DNA of 30,664 nt from an uncultured Spirochaetota bacterium (lineage in GTDB: Bacteria > Spirochaetota > Spirochaetia > SZUA-6 > Fen-1364): contig CAVUXE010000068.1 in assembly GCA_963745235.1 (NCBI GenBank), positions 1 to 30,664 on the forward strand, read 5' to 3'. Positions 1 through 11,030 of the stretch are shown piece by piece. The notes below the pieces were generated by a model that was given only the letters and a program-made list of their open reading frames with translations, had not been told where the DNA came from and made no database searches. Within the stretch, counting starts at the first letter, position 1. Each line of letters starts with the position of its first letter. The translations under genes were made by a program, and so were the position numbers.

Positions 1-294
1 TCAACTCCCGCAGTGCCCTCAGGTCCACGGTCTCGTCCCTGGCCTCCAATCGGACCTCCAACTTCAGATAGGGTGCGTCTCACGAGCTTCTTATTGCCGC
101 TTTTCAGTTTTGTCTGAAGCGAGGCGACGATTGCTTGGCGATCGGCGCATTCGTTGCGACAGACGATGAAAGCGCTTACTATTAAGTGCCTCAACCATCA
201 GATCTCAGATCCCGATGGCTGGGTGGACGGCCGTATGCCTGGATAAAGCATGATTTCGCAGGAGTTGAATGTTGGTGAACCAGGATCGTGACCA

Positions 295-1496
295 ATGAAC
301 ATCGCCGTGCTGGGGATAAACAACAAAACAGCCGCTATCGAGTTGAGGGAAAAGCTTTCATTCAATTCGGAGCGGCTCGGAGAGGCGATGAGACAGCTGA
401 AAGAAAAGGCTGGGGTGCTCGAATGCCTGATCCTTTCTACATGCAATAGGGTGGAAATATACTCGCTACTCGTAGATGCTGACCCTTCAGTACTCGCTTC
501 GTTTCTCCGAGAATACCACGGGATTGAGGAATCGCTCGATGACAAAGTATATGTGCACATGAATCAGAGCGCGCTCAGACATTTGTGTAGGGTCGCCTCG
601 GGAATAGATTCCATGATCGTAGGAGAATCGCAGATTTTCGCCCAAGTCAAGCAAGCGTATAGAATAGCCCTCGAATGCGGAGCTGCCGGTATTGTTTTGA
701 AGAGTCTCTTTACGCAGTCCTTCTCGCTTGTCAAGACAGTGAGATCAAAGACTAACATCGGCTATGCAAATGCGTCCGTGAGCAGTGCAGCGGTAGATTT
801 TACAAAGAAAATAATCGGCGACATTTCTGGTAAAGCGGTACTCATCGTTGGGCCGGTGAAATGGGCGAACTGACTCTCAGGAACCTTGTGGAGAAGGATG
901 TGGGCTGTGTGCGTGTGTCGAACCGGACGTTCGAGGGGGCCGTCCGCCTGGCAGCAGGTTTCAAAGGAATACCGATCATGTTCCACGAAATCGAGGAGTA
1001 TATCCCCAAGACCGACATCATCATCAGCTGTATTGACGCCCCATCATATCTGATAAGCAGGAACAATATAGCCGAAAGACCTCCAAGTAAGCCCCTTATT
1101 ATAATTGACATTTCCGTACCACGTTCGATCGATCCGAACGTCAAGGAAGCAAGGGACGTCCATCTTTTCAACATCGACGATTTGCAAGATGTGGTCCAAG
1201 AAAGTCTAGCCATGCGGAAGAGGGAAGCAGAGAAAGCAACTCAGATTATCGACAGTAAGGTGAATAGCATTTTGAAGAAACTCGATTCAACCGATCTTGC
1301 CCCGCTGATTCTCTCTTTGAAGGAGATAGCTGAAAGAATCCGTATGGAGAGCTTCTCCTCGTTCGTGGGCAAAACTGGAGTCTCCGGGAGTGACAAGGAC
1401 CTCATTGAGTCGCTGACAAAGTCTATTGTGAACAAATTTGTCCACAGTACGATCGTGAAGGTCCGCGAATACTCGAACAGCCTTCGGTACAGATGA
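295..1496 (+). CDS. hemA: Glutamyl-tRNA reductase, one apparent frameshift at ~850-852
   Basis: LSTCNRVEIY catalytic motif and HLCRVASGIDSMIVGESQI. Adding one G to the run at 850-852 restores IVGAGEMGEL and joins ORFs 295..873 and 861..1496. DISVPRSID motif present. Confidence 0.93.
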
Positions 1497-1511
1497 AGCA
1501 GGTGGTGGGGC

Positions 1512-3116
1512 ATGCGCAAGTACCTGAAGTTCCTTTTCGGACTGCGGGAATTCCTAAAAAAACGCATTTCGCAGGAGGAGGCCCTCGAGGCGGCGCGACG
1601 ACTTTTCGCGGCACGGATTCTAAATCGTAGCGGGAACTTCCTTTGGTTGATGGAGAAAGGCGTATTCAGCTACCCCAAAAGCCCTTACCGTCCCCTTCTA
1701 GACAAGAAGAAGATCAGCTTCTCTGATCTAGCGAAATGGGTCGGCAGAGAAGGCATCGAAGGTGCACTCGAGACTCTCAGGGAAGAAGGTGTGTATTATT
1801 CCGTCGACGAGTATAAAGGCAAAACGGAAGTGTCGCGGGATGGCTTGAAGTTCCGTCTCAATGAGAAGATGTTCAACAATCCTTTCCTCTCGCCGGCTTA
1901 TGAGGTGCGAAGCGGCGCGACGAGAAGTGCGGGGACGAGGATTCGGATCGATTTTAGTTACCTTTCACAACGGTCGCTCTATGATGCGTTCCTTCTAAAT
2001 ATGCACGGATGTCTGTCGGCGCCGATTGCTAACTGGTTTCCCATTTACCCCGGTGCACCGGGAATTAATTCGTCTCTTCGATTTGCGCGGATTGGCAACG
2101 CCCCGAAGAAGTGGTTCTCCCAGGTAGAGAAGAGCCACGTCAGGGTGAACTGGGAGAAACGCCTGGGCGTCAGCTACATTTTTTTCATGAGCAGGCTCAT
2201 GGGCGTTCCACTTGCGAAACCGGAATACGCAGGTCTGAATAATGCCTACGACGTTGCGCTGTGGGCATCGAGGATCCTACAGGAGAGCGCGCGATGCGTG
2301 ATCTACACATTCGCTAGCTCGGCCGTCCGTGTCTGCATGGCAGCGGTGGAGAACAACCTGGACATAAAGGGGACGCGGTTTCTGGTAACGGGAGAGCCCT
2401 TGACTGAGCAAAAGAAAGCCGAGATCGAGGCCACAGGCGCCTGTGCCGTCCCGGTCTATGGGATATCGGAAGCGGGAGTCATCGCCGCAGGGTGCCGACC
2501 GGACATACAACGAAAGCGACCACTGCCATAGCCTCAAGGATACAACTGCGATCATTACCCACCGCGTGCGGGTGGAACACAGCGATGTCGAAGTGGACTC
2601 TTTCCTATTCTCCTCCATGCTGTACGAATCGCCCAAGATCCTCCTGAACGTCGGTATGGGAGATTACGGCAGGGTGCGGCAAGCGGAATGTGACTGCCAG
2701 TTCGGACAACTCGGATTCGACACCCACGTAAGCGATATTCGCAGCTATGAAAAGCTTACCGGAGAGGGGGTGACTTTCGTAGACATGGACTTCGTTCGGA
2801 TTCTGGAGAAGGAGTTACCCATGCTTTCGGGGGACAGAGTACCGACTATCAGGTGGTTGAAGAGGAAGATGAGCGAGGCCTCACGCGGCTGCAATTGATC
2901 GTGAGCCCGCGCATCGGGGAGATCGACGAGGAGAAGATAGTTTTGACCTTTATACGGTTTCTCAAGAGCGGGAGGTCGAGTCCGGAATCATGGGCCCAAT
3001 CGGGGTCCGAAATGTGGGAACAGGCCCGCACGCTTCGCGTGCATCGCAAGTATCCTGTCCCGACGCCCAGTGGGAAAATCCTCCCATTTCACATCATGGA
3101 AAGGAGCCAAAAGTGA
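1512..3116 (+). CDS. Uncharacterised phenylacetate-CoA ligase/CapK-like (ANL superfamily) adenylate-forming protein, ~535 aa, two apparent frameshifts (~2496, ~2825)
   Basis: ORFs 1512..2531, 2443..2898 and 2853..3116 join with single-base corrections. Motifs: SGATRSAGT (P-loop-like), VTGEPLT, YGISEAG (YGxTE-like), GMGDYG (TGD-like), C-terminal TPSGKI. Confidence 0.65.
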
Positions 3117-4085
3117 GTTACCCAGTCACAAGGTTAAGACGGCTGAGAAGTAATGCTCTCTTCCGCGATATGGCACGCGAAACGGCGATAGGGGTAGGAG
3201 ACCTGATCTGTCCGCTCTTCGTCGTTCATGGTGAAGGGGTGAAGGAAGAAATTGAACCCCTGCCGGGAAACTTCCATCTCTCTGTCGATCGCCTGTCGGA
3301 CGAGGTGAAGGAGATCCGGGATCTTGGGATCCCTGCCGTTCTCCTCTTCGGAATCCCGGCGCGGCGTGACGAGCTCGCCTCCGAAGCCTACAGTCCGAAC
3401 GGAATCGTCCAGACAGCGGTTCAGAAGATCAAGGAGGATGTCCCGGGGATAGTTGTCGTGACTGACGTCTGCCTGTGCGAATATACCCCGCACGGGCACT
3501 GCGGGATCCTCGAAAACGGCTTCCTTCACAATGACAGGAGCCTCGAACTGATCCAGAAAGTCGCTCTTTCTCACACTGAAGCAGGATCGGACATTGTTGC
3601 TCCAGCAGCGATGCTTGACGGCCAGGTCAGGGCAATCCGCACAGTGCTTGACCAACATGGCCATACTGAAACGGTCATCATGGGGTACTCCGCAAAATAT
3701 GCGTCGAAGCTCTACGACCCGTTCTTCAAGAGCGGAACGGAGTCCGCGCTCCAGTTTGGGGGACAAAAAGTCTCACCAGATGGATTTCGGCAACTCGGAT
3801 GAGGCAATGCGGGAGATCGCCCTCGATATCGAAGAGGGAGCGGACATTGTCATGGTCAAACCGGGGATGTTCTATCTCGACATCGTTTACCGAGCGAAAA
3901 AGCAATTCGGCATGCCACTTGCTGTATACAACGTGAGCGGAGAGTGCTCTATGATCAAGGCCGGGGCCGCTGCGGGCTACCTCGACGAGAAGTCGATACG
4001 GTACGAGCTTCTCACAAGTTTCAAAAGGGCGGGGGCGGATTTGATCATCACGTATTTTGCGAAAGAAGCAGCACGGCAGTTGTAG
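3113..4085 (+). CDS. hemB: Porphobilinogen synthase (ALA dehydratase)-like protein with divergent active-site lid, one apparent frameshift at G-run 3758-3762
   Basis: GTG at 3113 after AAGGAG, overlapping the upstream TGA. RLRRLR N-terminus, Zn motif DVCLCEYTPHGHCG, Schiff-base lysines in YSAKY and VMVKPG, plus VSGE and ITYFA. Confidence 0.88.
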
Positions 4086-4099
4086 ACTCGCCAGAACGC

Positions 4100-4125
4100 T
4101 AAGGATTCGACACAAAATAAACGCT
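4100..4125 (+). repeat. Left inverted repeat of IS (outer TA may be target site)
   Basis: TAAGGATTCGACACAAAATAAACGCT. Confidence 0.88.
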
Positions 4126-4144
4126 ACACATAGCATTAGGAGTC

Positions 4145-5365
4145 GTGTATACTCTGGGAGTGACACCCGAAGCGAGTATTCGATTCCGATTTCAGCGATT
4201 GGCCTCGACGCTTGACGAACGCGCCCTGCGCCTATTCGCGGCAACGGAAGCGGAAGCGCTTGGGCACGGGGGTATTTCCCAGGTGTCACGCATCACCGGT
4301 TTGGCTCGCTCGACCATTCTTCGCGGACAACAAGAACTCCGCCAACGACCGGCAGTGACCCCGGGCAGAATCCGCCGCCCCGGGGGAGGACGGAAGAAGG
4401 TGAGCGCAGTAGATCCGACGGTGGTGCAGGAGCTGGAGCGCCTTGTTGAACCGTTGTCCCGAGGAGATCCGATGTCGCCGCTGCGCTGGACGTGCAAGAG
4501 CATTCGCACGTTGGCGGACACCCTGCAGGGCATGGGTCACGGGGCCAGCCATCGGTGGGTTTGGGCCACCCTGCACGAGCTGAACTATAGTCTCCAAGGC
4601 AACCGCAAGATGGAGGAGGGCAACCAGCACGCCGACCGTAACGCACAGTTCGAGCATATCAACGGTCGGGTGTCACGGGAGATGCGGCTCGGGAATCCGG
4701 TGGTATCGGTGGACACCAAGAAGAAGGAACTTGTGGGAAACTACAAGAATGACGGGCGCAAATGGCACGCAAAGGGGGAAGCCCCGCGAGTCCAAGGCCA
4801 CGATTTCCCCCATCCCGATGTGCCGCGGGCCTATCCCTACGGCATATACGACTTGGCGCGCAACCGGGGTCACGTTGTGGTCGGTACCGACCATGATACC
4901 GGACAATTCGCCGTCGCCTCGATTCGGGGCTGGTGGCGTGCGGAAGGTCGCCGTTTGTATCCACGGGCCCAGCGGCTTTTGATCACCGCCGATGGCGGCG
5001 GCAGCAACGGGTACCGCGCTCGGCTGTGGAAGCTGGAACTTCAGCGCTTGGCTGATGAGCTTCGCTTTGCGATCTGCGTTTGCCATTTCCCGCCCGGTAC
5101 AAGCAAGTGGAACAAGGTGGAACATCGGCTGTTCTCTTTCATCAGCACCAACTGGCGTGGGGAGCCCCTAAGGGACTATGAAACCATCGTGCGCTTGATT
5201 GCGAACACGACCACCGCGACGGGCTTGCAGGTGACTTGCAGACTGGATCGCCGCAAATACTCAGTGGGGCGAAAGATCTCCGACGAGGAAATGAGCCGCG
5301 TCAAGATCAAGAAGGAAAATTTCCATGGCGAATGGAACTATACCATTCTTCCCACGTCTCCATAA
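4145..5365 (+). CDS. ISAzo13-family (Rhodopirellula-type) DDE transposase
   Basis: Uninterrupted 406 aa ORF with LDERALRL, RGDPMSPLRWTCKS, SVDTKKKE, LITADGGGSNG, PPGTSKWNKVEHRLFS and FHGEWNY. Confidence 0.93.
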   Translation: MYTLGVTPEASIRFRFQRLASTLDERALRLFAATEAEALGHGGISQVSRITGLARSTILRGQQELRQRPAVTPGRIRRPGGGRKKVSAVDPTVVQELERLVEPLSRGDPMSPLRWTCKSIRTLADTLQGMGHGASHRWVWATLHELNYSLQGNRKMEEGNQHADRNAQFEHINGRVSREMRLGNPVVSVDTKKKELVGNYKNDGRKWHAKGEAPRVQGHDFPHPDVPRAYPYGIYDLARNRGHVVVGTDHDTGQFAVASIRGWWRAEGRRLYPRAQRLLITADGGGSNGYRARLWKLELQRLADELRFAICVCHFPPGTSKWNKVEHRLFSFISTNWRGEPLRDYETIVRLIANTTTATGLQVTCRLDRRKYSVGRKISDEEMSRVKIKKENFHGEWNYTILPTSP

Positions 5366-5370
5366 TTTGA

Positions 5371-5396
5371 AGCGTTTATTTTGTGTCGGACCCTTA
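5371..5396 (-). repeat. Right inverted repeat of IS
   Basis: AGCGTTTATTTTGTGTCGGACCCTTA; its reverse complement matches the left IR at 24/26. Confidence 0.88.
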
Positions 5397-5739
5397 CCTG
5401 GCCGCCGGACATGTAGCGCAGCTTTGCAGCCTGCTGGATGATCTGGTCAGCCGCGCAGAAAAGGAAGTCCCCGTACTGGAAATCGATGATGGGCCGCATT
5501 CCCTGCATTGCCGCCCCGATGCCGAGGCCGACAAAACCAGCCTCGGAGATCGGCGTGTTGATGATGCGCTCGGGACCGAACTCCTGGAAAAGCCCGAGTG
5601 TGAAGAGGAACGAGCCGCCAATGCGGATGTCCTCCCCCATGATGAACACCTCGGGGTCCCGCTTCATTTCCTCCCGCAGCGCCTCCCGCAACGCCTGCAC
5701 CACGGTGAGAACCCTGGTCTCCGTCTTTGCCGTGCTCAT
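5397..5739 (-). pseudogene. TPP-dependent dehydrogenase E1 beta subunit (PdhB/AcoB-like), 3' two-thirds missing at the IS boundary
   Basis: ALREEMKRDPEVFIMGEDI, FGPERIINTPISE, QAAKLRYMSGGQ. Homology stops exactly at the right IR. Confidence 0.88.
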
Positions 5740-6738
5740 GCGTACACCCCGTCCAGTACGCCCTGCGGGTTGGATGGAGGGCTGGCTTGCGCGAACTCGA
5801 CTGCCTCCGTGATGGCAGCTTTGATCTCCTCCTCGATGCGGGTGACCGCCTCCATACCGATGCGGGAATCCCCGACAAGGAGTGGCCTCAGTTGTTCAAT
5901 GGGGTCCGCGGCGAGCCATGCCTTCACTTCCTCCTGGGGCCGGTAGGTGGCGGGGTCGTCCCTCTTGTGGCCGCCCCTGCGGTACGTCACGCACTCCAGC
6001 AGCGTGGGGCCTTGCCCTTCCCGGGCGTTGTGCACCGCGGAGGAAGCCGCGTCATGAACGGCAAGAACGTCGTTGCCGTCCACTGTGACACCCGGAATTC
6101 CGTACGCGGCAGCCCGCTCCGAGATGTGCTCGTTCAGGATAACGTCCGTGATGTGCGTCGAGACGCCGTAGAGATTGTTTTCACATACAAAGACAACGGG
6201 AAGCTTCCAGATTGCGGCGAGGTTGACTGCTTCGTGCCAGTCTCCCTTGTTGACCGTTCCGTCCCCGAAGAAGTTGCACACCACCCGGGCTTCACCGTGC
6301 CTCTTGAACGCGAACGCCATGCCGTCCGCAATGGGAGACGATGCGCCCGACAATGGCGATGGCCGGCAGCGCGCCTACGGAAAAGTCTCCGACGTGGAGT
6401 GAGCCTCCGCGGCCCCTGCAACACCCGGTCTCCTTTCCGAACAGCTCCGCCATGAGGCTGCGCGGGGAGACTCCTTTTGCGAGGGCCTGGCCGTGGCCGC
6501 GGTGGGTCAACGTGATGAAATCCGATGCGTTGATTGCCGAACACACGCCGACAGGAACCGCCTCCTGACCATGGGAGAGGTGGATGGTGCCCGGCATCAG
6601 GCCTTTCAGGAACAGCTGGTTCACGGCCAGCTCGAATGAGCGGATAAGAAGCATGCCGCGAAAAGCGCGTTCCAGAAGGGCCGGCTCGTAGGCGCTTACC
6701 GTTGTCCGGCCGAATGGCCAGGGTTGGACGATTCTCAT
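5736..6738 (-). CDS. TPP-dependent dehydrogenase E1 alpha subunit (PdhA/AcoA-like), apparent frameshift ~6347
   Basis: GTIHLSHGQEA, THRGHG, GRGGSLH and TPP motif GDG...ENN. ATG at 6738 preceded by GAAAGGA. Confidence 0.88.
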
Positions 6739-8263
6739 GGTGGTTCCTTTCCCGGGGAGGGATCCTCCTGAGACATTTCGTAGAGGGCATGATAGGAAGG
6801 CGCGAGGGAGACCGCGCATTCCCGAAAGACGGTGAAATAGCGATCATAGACCGCGGCATCCCGAGGATCAGGAGAAATGGTCGGGCTGGCCTGCGTTCCC
6901 AGCATTGCCGCAGCGCGCCAGTCCGGAGAACGCCGGCGCCCAGGCCTGCGAGCTTGGCCGCTCCAACAGCGGCATCATCCAGGGGAGGCTTTCTGAGCGT
7001 TGCGCATAGCACGCTGGCAACGATGGAAGCCCAGAATGGGCTCCTGCTGCCGCCACCCAGGAGGAACAGGGACTTCGGCTCCAGGCCCATTCCTTTCACC
7101 GTCTCCATGCAGTCCCGCAGCGTGAAGGCGACCCCCTCCAGGACTGCCCGTGCAAGGTCCGCCGGCCCGTGACGGACGCTGAGGCCGATGAAGGCCCCGC
7201 GGAGCCGGGGATCCCAGTACGGAGTCCTTTCCCCCATCAGGTAGGGATGGAAGATCAACCCGTTCGCCCCGGCGGGAGCCGAAGCGGCAAGGGACACCAC
7301 CCGATCGAAGCTCATTTCTCCGCCGCCGAGCAGTTTCGACCTGAGCCACCGCAGCGCTGCCGTGCCGTTTGATGTCACGGCGACGGTAAACCCCAGTTTG
7401 TCGAGGAGATACGGGTACGTCAGGGTGCGCGCGGATGGCGTAAGACCGCGCGTCACGACGTTGAAGCACCCCGAGGTTCCGATCTTGACAATGCAGTCTC
7501 CTGGATCTACTGCACCGACGCCGAACGCCTCAACGGCCGAATCCCCGCCCCCTACCGCAACGAAGACATCGGGCGGGAGGTCAAGGCGCTTCGCAATCTC
7601 CGGCCGCAGCCTGCCCGCGTCCCCGTGCGACGGCAGTATGCCCGGGAGCAGCCCGGAGTCCAGTCCGATAAGGGAGCACAGCTCCCCCGACCACCTAGCG
7701 CCGGCGAAGCTCAGCCAGTTGAGTGCCAGTTGCATCATACGGGTCCGTGACGTATTCCCCGGTGAAGCGGTATCGCACATAATCCTTTGTCACGAGGATT
7801 TTCCGAAGCCGGCTCCACGCATCCGGCTCATTGGCGCGCAGCCACGCGAGCTGGCTCAGGGTCCAGGAAGGATTGACCGGTTGCCCGGAGATGCTGAAAA
7901 TCCGTTCACCCGCCTCCTCCTGGAGCCGCCGGGACTGCGGGATGCTTCGAAGGTCGGACCAGTGCATGCACGGTCGAAGGCTCGAGTCTTTTCCGTCAAG
8001 GAGCGCGACGTTGTGGGCCGGACCGACAAACGCGATCCCCGCGACATCCCCGGCGGAAAAGTCACCCGCCTTCAGGCAAAATTGAATTGCGGTGCACGCC
8101 CCCTCGAACCAGTCCTCGGGGTCCTGTTCAGCCCATCCTGGTTTCGGATAAAGGGTCTCGTACTCCGCCTTCCCCTGCGCAAGGACCTTTCCGTCCGGAG
8201 CAATGGCCGCGGCCTTTGCGCCGCTGGAACCTACGTCCACGCCGACAAGGACCGGGCGCTCAT
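6735..8263 (-). CDS. FGGY-family carbohydrate kinase (xylulokinase-like), several apparent frameshifts (~8255, ~7710, ~6900)
   Basis: DVGSSGAK, PGWAEQDPEDW, WSDLRS, GGGDSA, PYLMGERTP, LEGVAF, GGGSRS. Both ends are ATGA overlaps. Confidence 0.87.
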
Positions 8264-9311
8264 GCGCGGGGAACCGTCACTTCGCGATTCTGCTGCATGG
8301 ATTTGTACGCGGCCAGGACAAGCTGCAGCGGCCTGCGCATTTTCCTGCCCGGCTGTTATCGGCTCCGTGCCCTTCCGAACGCACTCCATGAAATGCCCAA
8401 CCTCCAGGTCGAAGGTGTCCACCTCCGGCACGATGATCTCGGTTTCCGCCGGTACGCCTGCCAGGAACGGTGCGCCGCCGGAGTCCCGGTAGAGGATGAT
8501 CCTCCCGCCGTTGGTGCCCGCCGCCCGGATGCTGCCCTTTTCTCCTTCGATGCGAAGCGTATGCTCCTCTGTTCCCGAAGCGGTGAGCGCGTTCTTCATG
8601 AGGTAGCTTTGCACCATGATCCCGAGTGCGCCGTCGGCGAACTTCAGCATGGCTACGCTCGTATCATCCCCCTGCATATCGATGAACCGCTGCGGCGCCC
8701 TCCGGGCAAAAACGGAGGAGACCTCGCCCACGATCATACGCAACTTTTCAAAGTCATGGATCCCCCCGGACATCATCATTCCGCCCCCGGCCGCCTTCTG
8801 GCTCAGGAACCAGGGCCTCTCCTTCTTGAAGGAATCCTCCAGGTAGCAGCCGCGCGTCATCTGGACGAGAGCCGGCTTGCCTATGGCTCCCGCTTTCACG
8901 AGGTCCCGCACCCGCCGGTACAGCGGACTGAAGACCTCGTTCTCCGCCACCATGAGGATGACGCCCTCTTTTTCCGCGGCGCTTATCATCCGGTCCGCAT
9001 CCGGCATGGACACTGCCAGCGGCTTTTCACACAGCACATGCTTGCCCGGCATGTGCCGCTTCAATGGCGATTTTTGCGTGCAGGTTGTGAGGCAGACAGA
9101 TGTCAATTGCATCGAGGTCGGGATCCTGGAGGGCTTCCTGGTGGCGCGCGCTGATGCGGACCCCGGGCGCAAGGCCTGCCACGGCCTTTGCCCGGGCAGG
9201 GCTCACGTCCACGGCCCAGCGTACGGATGCCCCGTTCTTGATGAACGCGTTTGCATGCCGGACTCCGGCCCACCCGCACCCGAAAATGGCGACCGACATC
9301 GGCTTCTTCAT
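8260..9311 (-). CDS. Gfo/Idh/MocA-family NAD(P)-dependent oxidoreductase, apparent frameshifts (~9045, ~8330)
   Basis: FGCGWAG Rossmann motif, GKHVLCEKP, AGGGMMMSGGIHDF. Confidence 0.87.
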
Positions 9312-9324
9312 CTGCGACCTCTCC

Positions 9325-10181
9325 TTACGAGACGGCAAGCCCGTACCACGCAACTGCGTTGTCCCGAAACAGGCGCTCGAGCTCCCAGCGCCCTGCACCG
9401 GGGAGACTGTCGATGATCGTGCTTATCGTCTGCTCGTAGGTTGAGGCCATCAGGCAGATGGGCCAGCCGCTGCCCCACATGACCCGTTCATAACCGAGGG
9501 CCCGAATGACGTGGGAAACGTAAGGTTGCAGGTCCGCCTGGCGCCATGAGGACCAGTCCGCCTGCGTGATCAGCTCGGAAAGCTTGCAGCATACGTTGCG
9601 CGCACCCTGGAGCATGTCCAGCGCTGCCGCCCACTCCTCGAATCCCCCGGACTTGATGGGCGGCTTGCCGCAGTGCTCCAGGACAATGGAAAGCCCGGGA
9701 AACTTCTGCGCAACGCCCGCCACGGTGTGCAGCTGGTGGCAGCGGCAGAGAAGGTCATAGCAGAGACCGGATTCCTCCACCGCTTCCAGTCCCCGAAGCA
9801 CCTCGGGGCGCAGGAACCACCGTGCCTCCATGTCTTCCGCCCGCTGATGCCTGACCGCGCGGATCGCGGGTGACCTGCTGTAGCTGAGAAGCGTCTCTTT
9901 TATGGAGGGATCCGTAAGGTCGATGGATGCCACGACGCCGCGGATGAAAAGAAAACTGCCGGGCGAGGTCCACCAGGTACTCCGGATTCCTCCGGGGAGG
10001 GATGGGCCTGAACGGCCACCGAGCAGGAGACCCCTGTCTTTGCCATTTCCTCATGGAGGTGTTCCGGGGAGAAATCCCTGTGCAAGCCGTCGGGGACGCC
10101 TTCCATCCAGTAGTAGTCGAAACGACGCGGGGTTACGAAATGCTGATGGCTGTCAATGATCGGGAAGCTCAGCCGTGTCAT
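9325..10181 (-). CDS. Amidohydrolase_2-family protein (sugar-lactone hydrolase, L-fuconolactonase-like), apparent frameshifts ~9945-9990
   Basis: IIDSHQHF, AVRHQ, VLEHCGKP, CKLSEL, RVMWGSGWP, LFRDNAVAWY. Confidence 0.82.
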
Positions 10182-11030
10182 CCCGGGTGACCTTGCAGCT
10201 CCCGAATGGCTTTTTCCGCGTCTTCAGGCTTCAGGATGCTCGCGTGGCGGTAGTTGCTGTTGTTCTCAACGAAGGACACGCCCCTGCCCTTGATTGTCCG
10301 CGCTATCGCTACGGAGGGCCTGCCCATGGTCGAGCCTGGCGGCATCGAAGTAGCCGGCCAGGTCAGTGAAGTCATGGCCGTCGATCTCCTGCACGTTCCA
10401 GCCGAAGCTGCGCCACTTGTCGCCAAGGGGTTCGAGGCCCATCACCGCGTCGGTTGTTCCGTCCACCTGCGCGTTGTTGCGGTCAATGAGCACGCACAGG
10501 TTGTCCACCCGGAAATGCGCCGCGGCCAGGGCGGCTTCCCAGACCTGGCCCTCGTCCTGCTCGCCGTCGCTCATGAGAACGTACACCCTGGACTGCCGGC
10601 CCTTCATGCGCGCGCCCATGGCGCGTCCGACAGCCTGGGAGAGGCCGATTCCAAGGGATCCAGTGGTCGCATCGATGCCCGTAGTCCGGCCGAAGGGGTG
10701 GCCTTGCAGGGGAGAGCCGATCCTTCGAAGGTTCATCATGGTGGTCTCGTCTATTACCCCGGCCTCGAACAACGCGCCGTAGAGCACCGGGGACGCGTGC
10801 CCCTTGGACAGGATGAACCTGTCACGGTCCGCGGCGGCCATGTCGGACGGGTCGTAGCGAAGCTCGCGAAAGAACAGCGCTGCCACGATGTCGGCAGCGG
10901 AAAAAGCCGAGGTGACATGGCCGCTTCCGGCCGCGGTTGTCATGCGGACAATGGAGATCCGAATGTTGCGGGCGCGCAACGCCAACTGCGACGGCTCTGT
11001 TTCATTCCAGGGATTGCGCATGGCAGTCAT
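10178..11030 (-). CDS. Transketolase, N-terminal (TPP-binding) subunit, apparent frameshift ~10320
   Basis: GSGH, DRFILSKGHASP, LQGHP, TGSLGIGLS, SDGEQDEGQVWEA...DRNN. Confidence 0.9.

Larger units (their letters stand above)
4100..5396 (+). mobile_element. ISAzo13-family insertion sequence, apparently intact
   Basis: Terminal inverted repeats at 4100-4125 and 5371-5396 (24/26 match) enclose a single transposase gene. Confidence 0.9.

Noticed and set aside
1-120. Minus-strand protein-like stretch YLKLEVRLEARDETVDLRALREL next to GGGTGCGTCTCA, a possible IS end
   Set aside because: An in-frame stop lies just upstream, no partner repeat is in the window, and the stretch is too short to assign.
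7362-9154. Long plus-strand ORFs (376 aa, 355 aa), and similar ones at 10254..11249, 21851..23182 and 24764..25648
   Set aside because: Antisense shadows of well-supported genes in high-GC DNA, with no recognisable motifs.
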